Shown here: positions 48,105-59,510 of the stretch, in pieces
Layout of the letters: each line of letters starts with the position of its first letter
Position numbering within the stretch: position 1 is the first letter of the stretch
From: Amoebophrya sp. A120
Taxonomy: Eukaryota > Protista > Dinoflagellata
DNA: 64,000 nucleotides
Direction of reading: 5' to 3'
NCBI GenBank assembly: GCA_905178155.1
Contig: CAJINV010000004.1
Coordinates: forward strand, 6,702,933 to 6,766,932
Translations under genes and position numbers: made by a program
Notes under the pieces: generated by a model
What the model was told of the DNA's origin: nothing
The model's database searches: none
The model's input: the letters and a program-made list of their open reading frames with translations, nothing else

Positions 48105-49960
48105 TTAGACAAGGAAAATCGCAGAAGTTCATCAAAAATCGAACACCTCCCTGCCCGGGGCTCCCGGGGAATATAGTTCATTTGCGCGGGCCCCAACCAT
48201 TTCGCATTTCCCCCCTTCGGAGCCCGCCCCGCCATGCGCTGCCGCTGGCATGTGTGTCGTTTTTAGTTCTCACGCCTGCGCATGTACGAGCCGAAGCGAT
48301 CCCAGCACTTGCTCTACAGTCTTGCTCCGATTCAAAGGCGCGCGTCCATGAGAAAACAGCTCCAAGGGGTTCGAAGGTGGTGCGCGTTTACAATGAGTCG
48401 CATTGTTTCGAAAACGTTTCCGGCCCCCATTTCTTGTCCTGTCGCAGCGCGGAGCCCTTCCAGTTTGCCACCTGAATCGCTCGCGCAACCCGAATAATGT
48501 AGAGCAGCACCGCCACATTCACCAGCAGAACCACCCAAAGCGCCAGAAACAAACCAGCAGCCGCCCAGCCCGTTTCCCCGCCCCGGCCCGGCTGTCGGAA
48601 GCGCCGGGCAAAGGCGTCACCGAAAGCGCCGCGGCCCTGTCGGAAATCGCCGGCCGGGGCGGCCGCGATACCAGTGGCGTGGCCCGATGCGGTGCGTTTT
48701 GCATGTGCGGCCACCGTCCGATGGCCGGAGGCCCCCCGAACGTCTCGCCCCAGTTCTGGAAAGCTTCTGGCAGATTCAAAAGCGCGCGGCCCTGAGCCCG
48801 CCTTCGCTGCGACCGGAAGCGTTGCCTGGCGGCCGGGGCGGCGGCCGGTCCGAAGGGAGCAGCCTGGCGCGCCCCGGCGTGGCCCCGGGGCCGCCGGCGT
48901 TCTCTTTGGCCAAAAGCGAAAAGAGCTGCTTCCGCGGCCGCCGGGGGCCCCGGCCGGGCAGCCAAAGGGGCCCCCTTTTTCACAAAAAAAAACACCCCCA
49001 AAAAGCACCCCCCTTGGCAAGCCTTTCCTCCACCTGAAACTGGGGAATTCCGCGCCCAAAAAAGTACCCCCCCAAAGCACCCCCCTGAGGGGCCCCCCGG
49101 CTTCGCCTTCGGACAGGAGTTCCTCCCGGTTTTCCCTTCTCGCCTTTTTTGTTTTGCTGCCCCCATGCCCGCTATATTCCCAGGGCAAGCATGTCCCAAG
49201 ACACCCACGGCCGCACGCTTTTGGAAAAAAGAACGGCGGGCCGCCTCGTCTTCGCAGCCAATGCGGGCACAAGGCCGCGCGCTTTTGCATCTCCCAAAAA
49301 CTTTCCAGAACAGGGGCGAGGCGTTCGGGGTGTCTTCGGCTACCGGACGGAGGCCGCATGCGCAAAACGCATCGCGCCGGCCCGCGCCACTGGTATCGCG
49401 GCCGGCCTTGCCGGCGAATTCCGACAGGGGTGCGCGGACTTCGGGAGCGCATGTGGCCCGGCGCTTCCGGCAACCGGGCCGGGGCGGGGACACGGGCTGG
49501 GGGGCTGCCCGTTTGCTCCTGCGGCTCTGGGTGGTTCTGCTGGTGGATGTAATGTCGCTGCTCTACATTCTTCGGGCTGCTCAAAAGATTCAGGTGGCAA
49601 AGTGGAAGCGTTCTGCGCTGCGACAGGACAAAAAATGGGGCCCCGGAACGTTTTCGGAACAATGGCACCGATTTTAAACGCGCGCCACCTTCGAACGCCT
49701 TCGGGCTGTTCTTTCCTAAGCGCCTACTTTTGAACCGGAGCAGGGCTGCAGAGCAAATGTCGGAGGCGCTTCGGCTCGTACATGCGCAGGCGTGAGAACT
49801 AAAAACGACACACATGCCAGCGGCAGCGCATGGCGGGGCGGGCTCCGCAGGGGGGAAATGCGAAATGGTTGGGGCCCGCGCAAATCAACTACATTCCCCG
49901 GGAGCCCCGGGCAGGGGGGTGTTCGATTTTTGATGAACTTCTGCGATTTTCCTTGTCTAA
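48105..49960. mobile_element. Foldback element with ~720-bp inverted arms
   Basis: TTAGACAAGGAAAATCGCAGAAG...CTTCTGCGATTTTCCTTGTCTAA; arms ~48105-48830 and ~49235-49960; 5-bp TSD cgaca. Confidence 0.9.
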
Positions 49961-50086
49961 CGACAATTCGTTTTCATATTAGTCCTCCCCAGGACACAAG
50001 GAAGCTGTCTCTCTTAATCCTTGCTTTTTTAGTTCATTTCTCCATCCTTTTCCATATCCTTTTAGCAAAAAGCCTGGCAGCTGCAT

Positions 50087-52918
50087 ATGATGATGGCAGG
50101 TGTCGCGGACGAGCGGGAAGATAATAGTCTCCATGCAAACCAGCAACAGGAGATCACCGAGAAGACGAAGCTACTCCCTTCTCCGACGGGCGAAACCACG
50201 CGAAAGCCTGCGTGGATTGACAAGGAGAAATACGTTACCGCTTCGCAGGGTGTAGTCCTGCAGGCAGCACAGAAGATCGCAACACGGAATCATGTTGCAC
50301 CTACAACAAATTACAACGACGCAGATGGAGATGGAGATTTGGGCGACCACGATACGGCTTTTCAGCAGAAGCTGTACGCACCCTACCTCATCACGTCGAA
50401 ATTCAAAATCTGGTGCGTTTGCGCAGTCTGGATGTATTACGGGATGGTGCTGTCGACTTACGTTGCGTTCACCATTCCACTAGAGGCAATGCGGATGGCA
50501 CCGGCGTGGCAGAGCTCCTTTGTTGTGCTGGAGCGGGTGATCTACGGACTGATGCACTTAACCGCGCCGTTTTTCGGAAAGTATTGATTTCGATTTTTTT
50601 TTGTTTAATATTCCGATGCGATATTATTTCAATTTCATGCCATGTGCCTCGTCTCTGCAAGACGCGAAACACATCCAATTTGCACAACAACGAACGATCT
50701 GTCTCAACACCAGGCTTTCAGACGAGACCCGGCACCCGTGGGGCAAGCGCCGACCTCTGCTCGTCGCGGGTGCGTTTCTGCTCCTGGCCTCGCACACGAT
50801 GCTGTTTTTTGCCTCCGACAGGTTACAGATGTACACGTATCTCTTCGCCCTCGCCGGCGCCATGGTGGCCAAGAACCTTATCATTGCCTGCACCTCGGGG
50901 TATTTGGCCGATGTGGTGCCGAAGGAGCTGTCTTCCACCGTGTCTGGGATTACCACACTGCAGTGCGCCACGGGGTGTCTGATTGGTATCCTGTGCAAAA
51001 GTATCGTATTCGTACTACTTGCAAATATGCATGACAAATTTTTTTCCTAAGGAAAACAGCATTACAAATTCCACTTTCCTTCTTGCCAAAATTTGTATAT
51101 GCAATTTATACTAGTACGACTACGACACTTTTGCAATGCATAATTGGGTTCGGGCTGCAATATCTCCTCGCCTCCACCGCGGTCAAGTTTACATACGTCT
51201 ACGTAACCGGGTTCTACATGCTTGGCGCCCTGCTTTTCTTCTTCGTGGCGTCGGAGCCGCCGAGCGACGTGCAGAGCCTGCAGCGGTTGCGACAGGAATT
51301 TGAGAAGGAAAACACCCACACTGGTGCTAGAAGTACGACTACCCAGGAGATCGGGATTCCTGCACCATCAACCCCTATTACTCCCTCGACCACGGCGCAA
51401 CATTCGGCGACCGATACGGAGTCCGTTGCGAGCAGCCACTTAGTACAGAATGAAGCGGCGGACGACTACTACACGAACCGGCAGCCAAGATACAACAGCA
51501 CCAACCTCCACGCCAGTCTGGCGGACCGCTCAACGCGGGCACCGTCTTTATTATCCTCGCGCGGGCCGACGTTGCAGCGCAGCGGGTACAGCAGCGACGG
51601 GCAAACCAGCGGCATGACAGACGATACGGAAGATTCTGATGCTTATATGAACAACCGCGCGGAAGACATCATTGACACACACATGCGGTACACGCACTAC
51701 AACAGTGTCGCGGTGGTTGCAAATTCGACGAATGGGGCCAGTGGCGACAACTATGATAACCCTCGCGACCACCCAGCAGTAGACCAACGGAGAGCACAAC
51801 AGGAACAGACCCGTATAGCACGAGAGCATCACTCGGTTGGAGAAGGGCAGCCACTCGATGAACACTATCAGAAGTTGATGACGCAGCACCAGGATCAGCA
51901 CAACAATTTGGATTCGAACGTCGACAAAACAAAGGGGGAGCACGGCGAAAATAAAAATGCTTCTTGGTCTTCCAATACCACCACCTGCTGCACCAGTCTC
52001 GCCGCTGCTTCGCAGTATATGTCGTCCTTTTGGAGCACTTTCTGGCACGCGCTTACCATTTCACCGGACTACCAGTATCTGGTGCTGGTTCGGATTTTCT
52101 TTTACGCCGGCTGCAGTTCCATGAGCATGTTTCTGTTCTACCTGCGGGACGCACTCCATGTCCCTACTAAGGCAGAGGGGATTCAAAAACTCTCGTCCCT
52201 CGCCATGATTAGCCAGTGTGCGATCATTGTTGTCGCGGTGGGTGCCACGCTGTTGACAAGTCGGGTGTACGCACAGAAGATGCTAATTTTCCTCGGACTG
52301 GGGGCCATGATGCTGACATTTCTGACGTTGTCTTTCTTACCCATGTTGACTCCGGAATACGCGAACTTGCACAACAAGAACGTCTATGTGGAACAGGACA
52401 GCAGTCCTACATCAAGTTCGCTGCTAACGGAATCCACTTTGTCTATGATCGTACACGTGGGCGGCTTCGGGTACGGCCTGGGCACGGGGTGCATGGCGGT
52501 GGGGGACATGGGGCTCGCTCTGAAGCTTGTTCCGGCCGGGGTAGGAAACGGAGCGGCCATGAGCATTTTCGGCCCGAGCATCACCTACGGGTTTGTCCTC
52601 GGCAGCATAATGATCGGGACGGTCTTGCAGTATTTTAAAATACCTGGTGGCGCGGAGGACAAGGAACACTCCGCCGTGGAGCTGGCTACGGCGGCAAGCC
52701 GGAAGCAACAACCGCTCGACCACATGGCCTCGACCACAGCGCCGCCGACTTCCAAGGCAGATTTCAATGGAGTTTTGTGGGAGCCGGGCTACACCGAGGG
52801 CGGGCACCAAGTGATAGCGATGTGCTCCCTGGTTCTGTGTGGGATTTCCGCCGCGCTGCTGTACACCGTGGACACGCGTCGGGCGCTCGCGAAGACCGCG
52901 AATGGGGAGCAGGAATAG
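50087..52918 (+). CDS. MFS transporter, SLC45/sucrose-transporter(GPH)-like, paralog A
   Basis: GKLSDETRHPWGKRRPL motif, multiple TM helices, long central loop; GT-AG intron 50581-50713; one introner. Confidence 0.8.
50987..51142. mobile_element. Introner, family A
   Basis: TSD attgg/attgg; site empty in paralog B. Confidence 0.92.
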
Positions 52919-54220
52919 AAGATGTGGCGAAGTGCTTTTTTTTTAATACACAGAGAACTCATATGCAAATACGTTTTCTTTGTACAAATACGAACGAGTT
53001 TTGCTTTTGTTTCGTCGAGTCAGGCAACGAAAGTTCGATTCGATTGCCAAGGATCGTTATGGAAGTCTTGAGCGGAGTCGCGCTCGCACAGTTTCAGTTG
53101 ACTTCCACCATATTTTTGCAAAGGCGAATCGGCCCTTTACCGCCGCCCTTATTTTCATTTTTCGGGTCGTTGGTTTACATGATACGCATACTTTAGTACA
53201 TAGCTCCACGCATTCCATAAAACGGTAACGGCTGTGGTTTGCGGGTAATAAAGTCCATTCCGAGTTTTTTTTGTTTTTCGCGTTGTATGCGCCTGCTTGC
53301 GCTCTCCCTTAGTAGTTCCGACGGTAAGTAAGTAAGGAGTTACTTCTTTCGATAATTAGAGAAGAGCATCCTGCTTGCGCTGCATTAACTTTTTGCAGTC
53401 AGTTGTAAACACGACTACACCCGAAGCCGAACCTCAACGCTGTATGGTAGACGATTGTTATCGTGCTGTTTGTCTTATACTTATTCGCGGATTTGTCACG
53501 TACATTACAACAAAATCGAATCTCCGCTCCTGCTTGCAGGAGGGCTGTTCTTGATTTACACGAAAGGGAGGAATTCAACTACTACTTTGTTAGGACTCGA
53601 AAAGAAAAGCAAGCAATCATCGGTTCGTTGGTTTTATTCATGCAGCCTACGGCTGGATAGTTAAATCAATCTATTGGCAGCTCTTGAAAAAATTCGGTTG
53701 TCTTTGCGGTTTCGGAAATTTTCGGTTTGATGGCTACATGACTACAGGTATTGGCATTAGGTTCAGATTCGGTACGCGTGCGACCTCTTGTTTAAAAAGA
53801 TATCGTCTTGTGGTTTGTCGATGTCGGTTTTTCAGCGCCTTAGTATAGGTAGCGTAGTCATGTCGGTTTGAGGTGCTTGACAAGGATTGAGTCGGTCTGT
53901 CCGTCGTGCCGGAAATGAGACTCTGTCGGAACGTATATATTCGTATTTGATACAACCTGGAAAATGATATTTTCCTGTATCTGTGCATTGCATTTTCAAC
54001 CCAACCTTTTCGATCCAAACAGACAGGAGCAGGACACCACATTGTGTTTGTCCTTGTCTTGCATTTTCTCTACCACATTTTGCTTTTGCAACTTTGACGA
54101 TGAGGGTTATGAGCAAGGTAACTTGAATTCTCCGTCTCCCCCCCACGACGCGCTTTTTTAATACACCACTAAGTTTTACGTTCGTTTTCCTTCTAGCCAT
54201 CTCGCCAGTAGCTGTACCCT

Positions 54221-57200
54221 ATGATGACAGACGTTGTGGCGGATGACGTTGACGACCGGCAAAACAAAAACATGATGAACAATATGAACCGAGACAACCA
54301 CGAAGAAGCCACCGAGAAAACACGGCTCCTCTCTAGTGCAGGAGTTCATCCCGGGGCAGTAGAAGAGACGAGAAAACCGGTTTGGCTTGACAAAGACAAG
54401 TACATCACGAATAACTCCACACCCCGGATGGAAGTAGATTCACATGAACAACTGTTACCAGCGAGTAAACAGCACTTGTCAACAAAGCAAGGCCTGGACC
54501 TGGACGGAGGTGCAGGAGCAGCAGGCGCATTATACGATGATGCCGACGCTTGGGGAGACCACATATGAGAGTGCACAGCTCCCCCTCCCCCTCATTTGTA
54601 TTGCATCAACAGCAATACAAGCGTCAGCAAGAATACAGGTTTTGCATGACAAGTTTGGTGTTGGACAGGATTGTAGTGCTACTTGGGCTGCCAGAACTTG
54701 TCATGCTAAAAGGGCCAAGAGGCAAGGCGTAAATTAGGTATTTTGCATGACAAATGAGGGGGAGGGGGAGTTGTGCACTCTCATACCACAACACTGCCTT
54801 TCAGAAGAAGCTGTTCGCGCCCTACCTTGTCACCTCTAAATGGAAAATATGCAATGCAAAAGCATCGTACTAGTATAAATTGCATGACAAATTAGCCCAG
54901 CATTACAAATTTAATTTGTAATGCTGATTTACCTTGAAAAAGAGATTTGTAATGCAGAAATGCAATTACTACGAGAGAGTACGATACTTTTGCACAGGAT
55001 AGAAAATCTGGTGCCTCAGTTCCTGCTGGGTGTACTACGGGATGGTGTTATCGACCTATGTTGCGTTTACCATCCCGTTAGAAGCGATGCGGATGGCGCC
55101 GGGGTGGCAAAGCTCCTTTGTCGTGCTCGAGCGCATGATCTACGGACTGACGCACTTGACCGCGCCTTTTTTCGGAAAGTACTATTTCGATGCTTTTTTA
55201 TATCGTTTGCGTTTCACAACGATCACGATGAGACATAAATGTCAATCTGTTTTCATTGCAGATTTTTGCCAGACCGCTTTTAATATTCGTTTTCGTTACT
55301 TACGAACATGAGGAGTTTTAGATTTACTCGCAACAGGACTTCATGGCTGGCCAGCATGACTCCAGGTGTAAATTTGTGTTGCATGCTTTACATCATTAAA
55401 TCAACAGGATTTCCGACGAAACCCGGCACCCGTGGGGCAAGCGTCGACCGCTGCTGGCCGGAGGTGTGTTTCTGCTTCTATCCTCCCACACGATGCTATT
55501 CTTTGCCTCCGATCAGCTCGCGATGTACCTCTACCTGATCGCCCTCAGCGGCGCCATGGTGGCGAAAAACCTTGTCATTGCCTGCACGTCCGGGTATTTA
55601 GCCGATGTCGTGCCGAAGGAGCTGTCTTCCACCGTGTCTGGCATTACCACCATCCAGTGCGCCACAGGGTGTCTGATCGGGTTCGGGACGCAATATATGC
55701 AATGCAAAAGTATCTTACTAGTATAAATCGCATGACAAATTCCCTCAGCATGAAAAATTTATTTTGTGATGCGGATTTACTTAGCTTCAGAAAAAAATTT
55801 GTAATGCATGAGTGCAATTACTACGAATACGATACTTTTGCACAGGATACAATATCTACTCGCCTCCAGCGCGGTGAAGTTCACGTACGTCTATGTGACG
55901 GGCGTCTACGTTATGACAGTGCACAACTCGACGTCTCCCTCCCCCTCATTTGTGATGCAAAGTCCCCAAATGATTTGTTGCCTTGTGGCACTGTTTGCAT
56001 GACAAATTTCGGAAGCCTAAACAGTACCACAGTCGGCCTGTGAACTTGTCATGCACAGGCTCCAAGTGTGTTGGTGTTTGTATTGCTGCTCATGCCATGC
56101 AAATGGGGGGGGGGTTGTGCACTCTCATATACGTGCTCGCGACGCTACTTTTCTTCCTCGTCGCCTCGGAGCCCCCGAGCGACGCGGAGAGTCTGCAGCG
56201 GTTTCGACAAGAGTTCGAGCGGGAGGAGCGAGCACGGGCGGGGAATCAGCAGGGTATGTCGGCTATGCGTTGCAAAAGTACTGCACTTCTACCATAAATT
56301 GCATTACAAACTAGCTCAGCATGACAAATGCGATTTGTGATGCTGTTTTGGCTTAGGAAGAAGATTTGTCATGCGTACCTGCAAGCAGTACGAGTGCGAT
56401 CCAACTTTTGCAATGTATATCGGCCGCTTCACTCACACCCCCGACCACCGCTCAGCAATCATCCGCGACCGATGCCGCGACTGACACGGAGTCCGTCGCG
56501 ACCAGCCAGCTGTACTCCGCCCGGGTATCGAAGAAAAATAAAGTGTGTAAGTGTAATTTCGTAGGAAGAACAGCAGCACAAATTGTGCAATGCAGGGAAA
56601 ACCTGTCATGCGCAGCTAGTACGTGGAAACACGTATGAAAGTTGCCGATGACGCAAATCCAGCATGACAAGCGTATACAGTTTTGCATTTCCTGCATCAC
56701 AGACTTACACTTACGCAGTGTTTTTCTTGCATACCGGGACAGCGCGGATTATTACACGCACCGGCAGCCGAGGTATCTGCAGAACGCGAGTCTCGCGGAT
56801 CGCTCCACGCGGGCGCCCTCCTCGCGCGGTGGAGGTCGGGGGCCCAGTGGGGCGACGCAGCAGGGGTACAGCAGCGACGGGCAAACCAGTATCGTAAGAA
56901 AAAATCCCCCCTCCCCATGTCGAAAAGGTCCGTCTAAGGAAATTTGTAATGCTCATTTGTGACCACAAATCGTCTCTGTCTTGCAGCAGGAACGAAACTA
57001 CACGACAGGCTCCGCCGCATTCTGCAGGCGGTCGGTGATGCTGTTGGCCCTACGGACTAGACGTTTGCCATGCTTAGCGCCTAGCAGAAAACCTCTCTAC
57101 TCGGGCTTAGTATAGGCCCGCAGTTCTCTCCAGCAAGACGAATCTGATTTGTGTACACAAATCCAGCATCAGAAACTTCGTTTTGATATGGGGAGAGGGC

Positions 57201-59510
57201 ACTTTTCCTTTTGATAACCAGCGTGACCACGGACACGGATTCGGATTTTTACAACAACGCGGAGGACATCATCGACACGCACATGCGGTATACGCATTAC
57301 AACAGTGTCGCAGTAGGAACAGCCGGTAGTGGAACGACGTCGACGCCACGGCCAACAACCTCAGGAGCTTCGCCGAACAACTATGTGTCGAACACGATCT
57401 CTACTTCCAACAACGAGCGCAACCTGGAGCTGCACTCAGCCGAGGTAGAAAATGATGATTCCTCTTTTTTCGCCTCCTGCTCCGCAGGCCTTGCCGCCGC
57501 GTCAGGCGCCATGTCGTCCTTCTTTGGTACTTTCTGGCACGCGCTTACCATCTCACCGGACTACCAGTATTTGGTTTTCGTGCGAATTTTCTTCTATGCC
57601 GGATGCAGTTCCATGAGCATGTTCCTTTTTTACCTCCGAGATGCGCTTCATGTACCTACCAAGGCGGAGGGGATTCAACAACTTTCGTCTCTTGCCATGA
57701 TCAGCCAGTGTGCGATCATTGTCGTCGCACTGGGTGCGACGTTGCTGACCAGTAGGGTGTACGCGCAGAAGGTGCTGGTGGGCGTCGGGCTGGGGGCCAT
57801 GTATCCTGAGTAAAAACGTACCCACACCAGAGTCAGGATGGGGATTTTGCAACACAAACCTAGGAGTTTTGTGAGTCACGCATGACAAGTTGCACTATTC
57901 AGTGTAGTGCAGGTTGGCAAGTGCAGCCGCGTCACAGATTCATCTGCTCATCCTGTTCACAGCATCACAAATCCCAAAACACGAGTGGAAATGGCTTTCA
58001 TGGGGATGCGCATTACAAATGTTCCTGTCATTGCAAATCTGCATGACAACTCTGGTGTGGGGACGTTTTTACTCAGGATACCATGGTCCTCGTGTTTTCG
58101 ACTCTGTGTCTTTTGCCCATGCTGACCCCAGAGTACGCGAGCTTCCACTACGGGGAAAACAACCCCGCGAAGAGCTTGATCCTGACGGAGTATCCTAAGC
58201 AAAAACGTCCTCACCCCATAGTCAAGTTGGTAAATCTGCAACACAATATATCTCCAAGTTTTGGGAGATGTGCATGACAAGTCTCCATCTACAGTTTAGT
58301 GGGGGTTAGCAAGGGAAGCCGCATGAAAAGACCATTTGCTCATCCTGTTCACAGCATTACAAATGCCAAAACACGATTGGAAATGCCTCTGATGTAGATG
58401 CGCATTACAAATGTTCCTGTCATTGCGCATTTGCATGACAACGCTGGGGTGGGGACGTTTTTGCACAGGATTCGGAGACCGGCGTGTCCATTCTGGTACA
58501 CATTGGCGGATTCGGTTACGGCCTGGGCGTCGGGTTCATGGGAGTCGGTGACATGGTATGACAGTGCACAACTCCCCCTCCCCCTCATTTGTCCTGCACA
58601 ATACCCAACTCACCCTTTGCCCCTTGGCACTGTTTGCATGACAAGTTCTGGTAGCTCAAAGAGCACCATACTCCCGTGCAAATTTGTCATGCAAAACCGG
58701 CACGCTTGTTGATGCTTGTATTGCGGTTCATGCAATACAAATGAGGGGGAGGGGGAGTTGTGCACTCTCATACATGGGACTCGCTTTCAAGCTGGTTCCG
58801 GCCGGGGTGGGGAACGGTGCCGCCATGAGCATTTTCGGCCCCAGCATCACCTACGGCTTTGTCCTCGGCAGCATCGTCATCGGGACGGCCCTGCAGCACT
58901 TCAAGGTGCCGGGGGGGTCGGAAGACAAGCACTCCGAAGCGGAGATGGCGGAGGCGGCAAGCCGGCAGCAAGCGCTCGACCAGGCGCAGGCGGCGTCAGG
59001 AGCTACAGCGGGGGCCGCGCCCAAGGCGGATTTTAACGGGGTTTTGTGGGAGCCGGGCTACACGGAAGGCGGGCACCAACTGATAGCGCTGTGCTCGGTG
59101 ATTATGTGTGGGATTGCCGCCGCGCTCCTGTACAAAGTGGACACGCTATCAAAAGAAAAAATCCCCCTTCCCCATATCAAAACGAGGTTTCTGATGCAGG
59201 ATTTGCGTACACAAATCAGATTTGTCTTGCTGGAGAGGAATGCAGGCCCATACTAAGCCTAAGTAGAGAGGTTTTGGCCTAGGCGTCTAGCATGAGAAAC
59301 GTCCTTGCTGCAGGGGCTCACCAGCATCACAAACCGCCTGCAAAACACTGTGGAGCTCGTGGAGTTGCCTTCTTGCAAAACAGACGCGATTTGTGGTCAC
59401 AAATCAGCAACACAAATTTAAACGTACCTTGTCAATATGGGAAGGGGGGTTTTTCCTCGCGATACACGCGCCGGGCGCTGGCCAGGACCGCGAATGGAGA
59501 ACAGGAGTAG
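54221..59510 (+). CDS. MFS transporter, SLC45/sucrose-transporter-like, paralog B (11 introners)
   Basis: Colinear with paralog A after removing 11 elements and GT-AG intron 55179-55407; identical C-terminus TANGEQE*. Confidence 0.82.
54564..54785. mobile_element. Introner, family B
   Basis: TSD ccaca/ccaca; ~36-bp near-perfect TIR. Confidence 0.93.
54848..55001. mobile_element. Introner, family A
   Basis: TSD gaaaa/gaaaa. Confidence 0.92.
55696..55849. mobile_element. Introner, family A
   Basis: TSD caata/caata. Confidence 0.92.
55912..56129. mobile_element. Introner, family B
   Basis: TSD tacgt/tacgt. Confidence 0.92.
56264..56419. mobile_element. Introner, family A variant
   Basis: TSD tcggc/tcggc. 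Confidence 0.88.
56526..56733. mobile_element. Introner, family G (AAGAAAAA...GTAAGTGTAA TIR)
   Basis: TSD ccggg/ccggg. Confidence 0.88.
56890..57216. mobile_element. Introner, family E (opposite orientation to 27531 and 59147)
   Basis: TSD accag/accag. Confidence 0.92.
57802..58080. mobile_element. Introner, family C
   Basis: TSD ccatg/ccatg. Confidence 0.93.
58191..58472. mobile_element. Introner, family C (right end ATT)
   Basis: TSD cggag/cggag. Confidence 0.9.
58557..58772. mobile_element. Introner, family B
   Basis: TSD catgg/catgg. Confidence 0.93.
59147..59464. mobile_element. Introner, family E
   Basis: TSD cacgc/cacgc; removal gives VDTRRALARTANGEQE. Confidence 0.93.

Noticed and set aside
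48388-49815. 475-aa and overlapping ORFs as a transposase
   Set aside because: GC-rich Arg/Gly/Pro/Ala-biased translations of a palindromic element with no DDE, HTH or zinc-finger motif
45320-49960. rRNA or tRNA genes in the GC-rich stretches
   Set aside because: No recognisable conserved rRNA motifs or cloverleaf structure
3388-59464. Recurring peptides in the ORF track ([37 protein letters not shown]) as a repeated protein domain
   Set aside because: They are translations of introner TIRs in arbitrary frames and strands and disappear when the elements are removed
3388-59464. Tc1/mariner-type TA target duplication
   Set aside because: TAT/ATA belongs to the element; empty sites in paralogs lack TA and show a variable 5-bp duplication
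4684-59510. Host genes as transposon-killed pseudogenes
   Set aside because: Exons between elements have no stops or frameshifts, and conserved motifs stay intact even with 11-16 insertions
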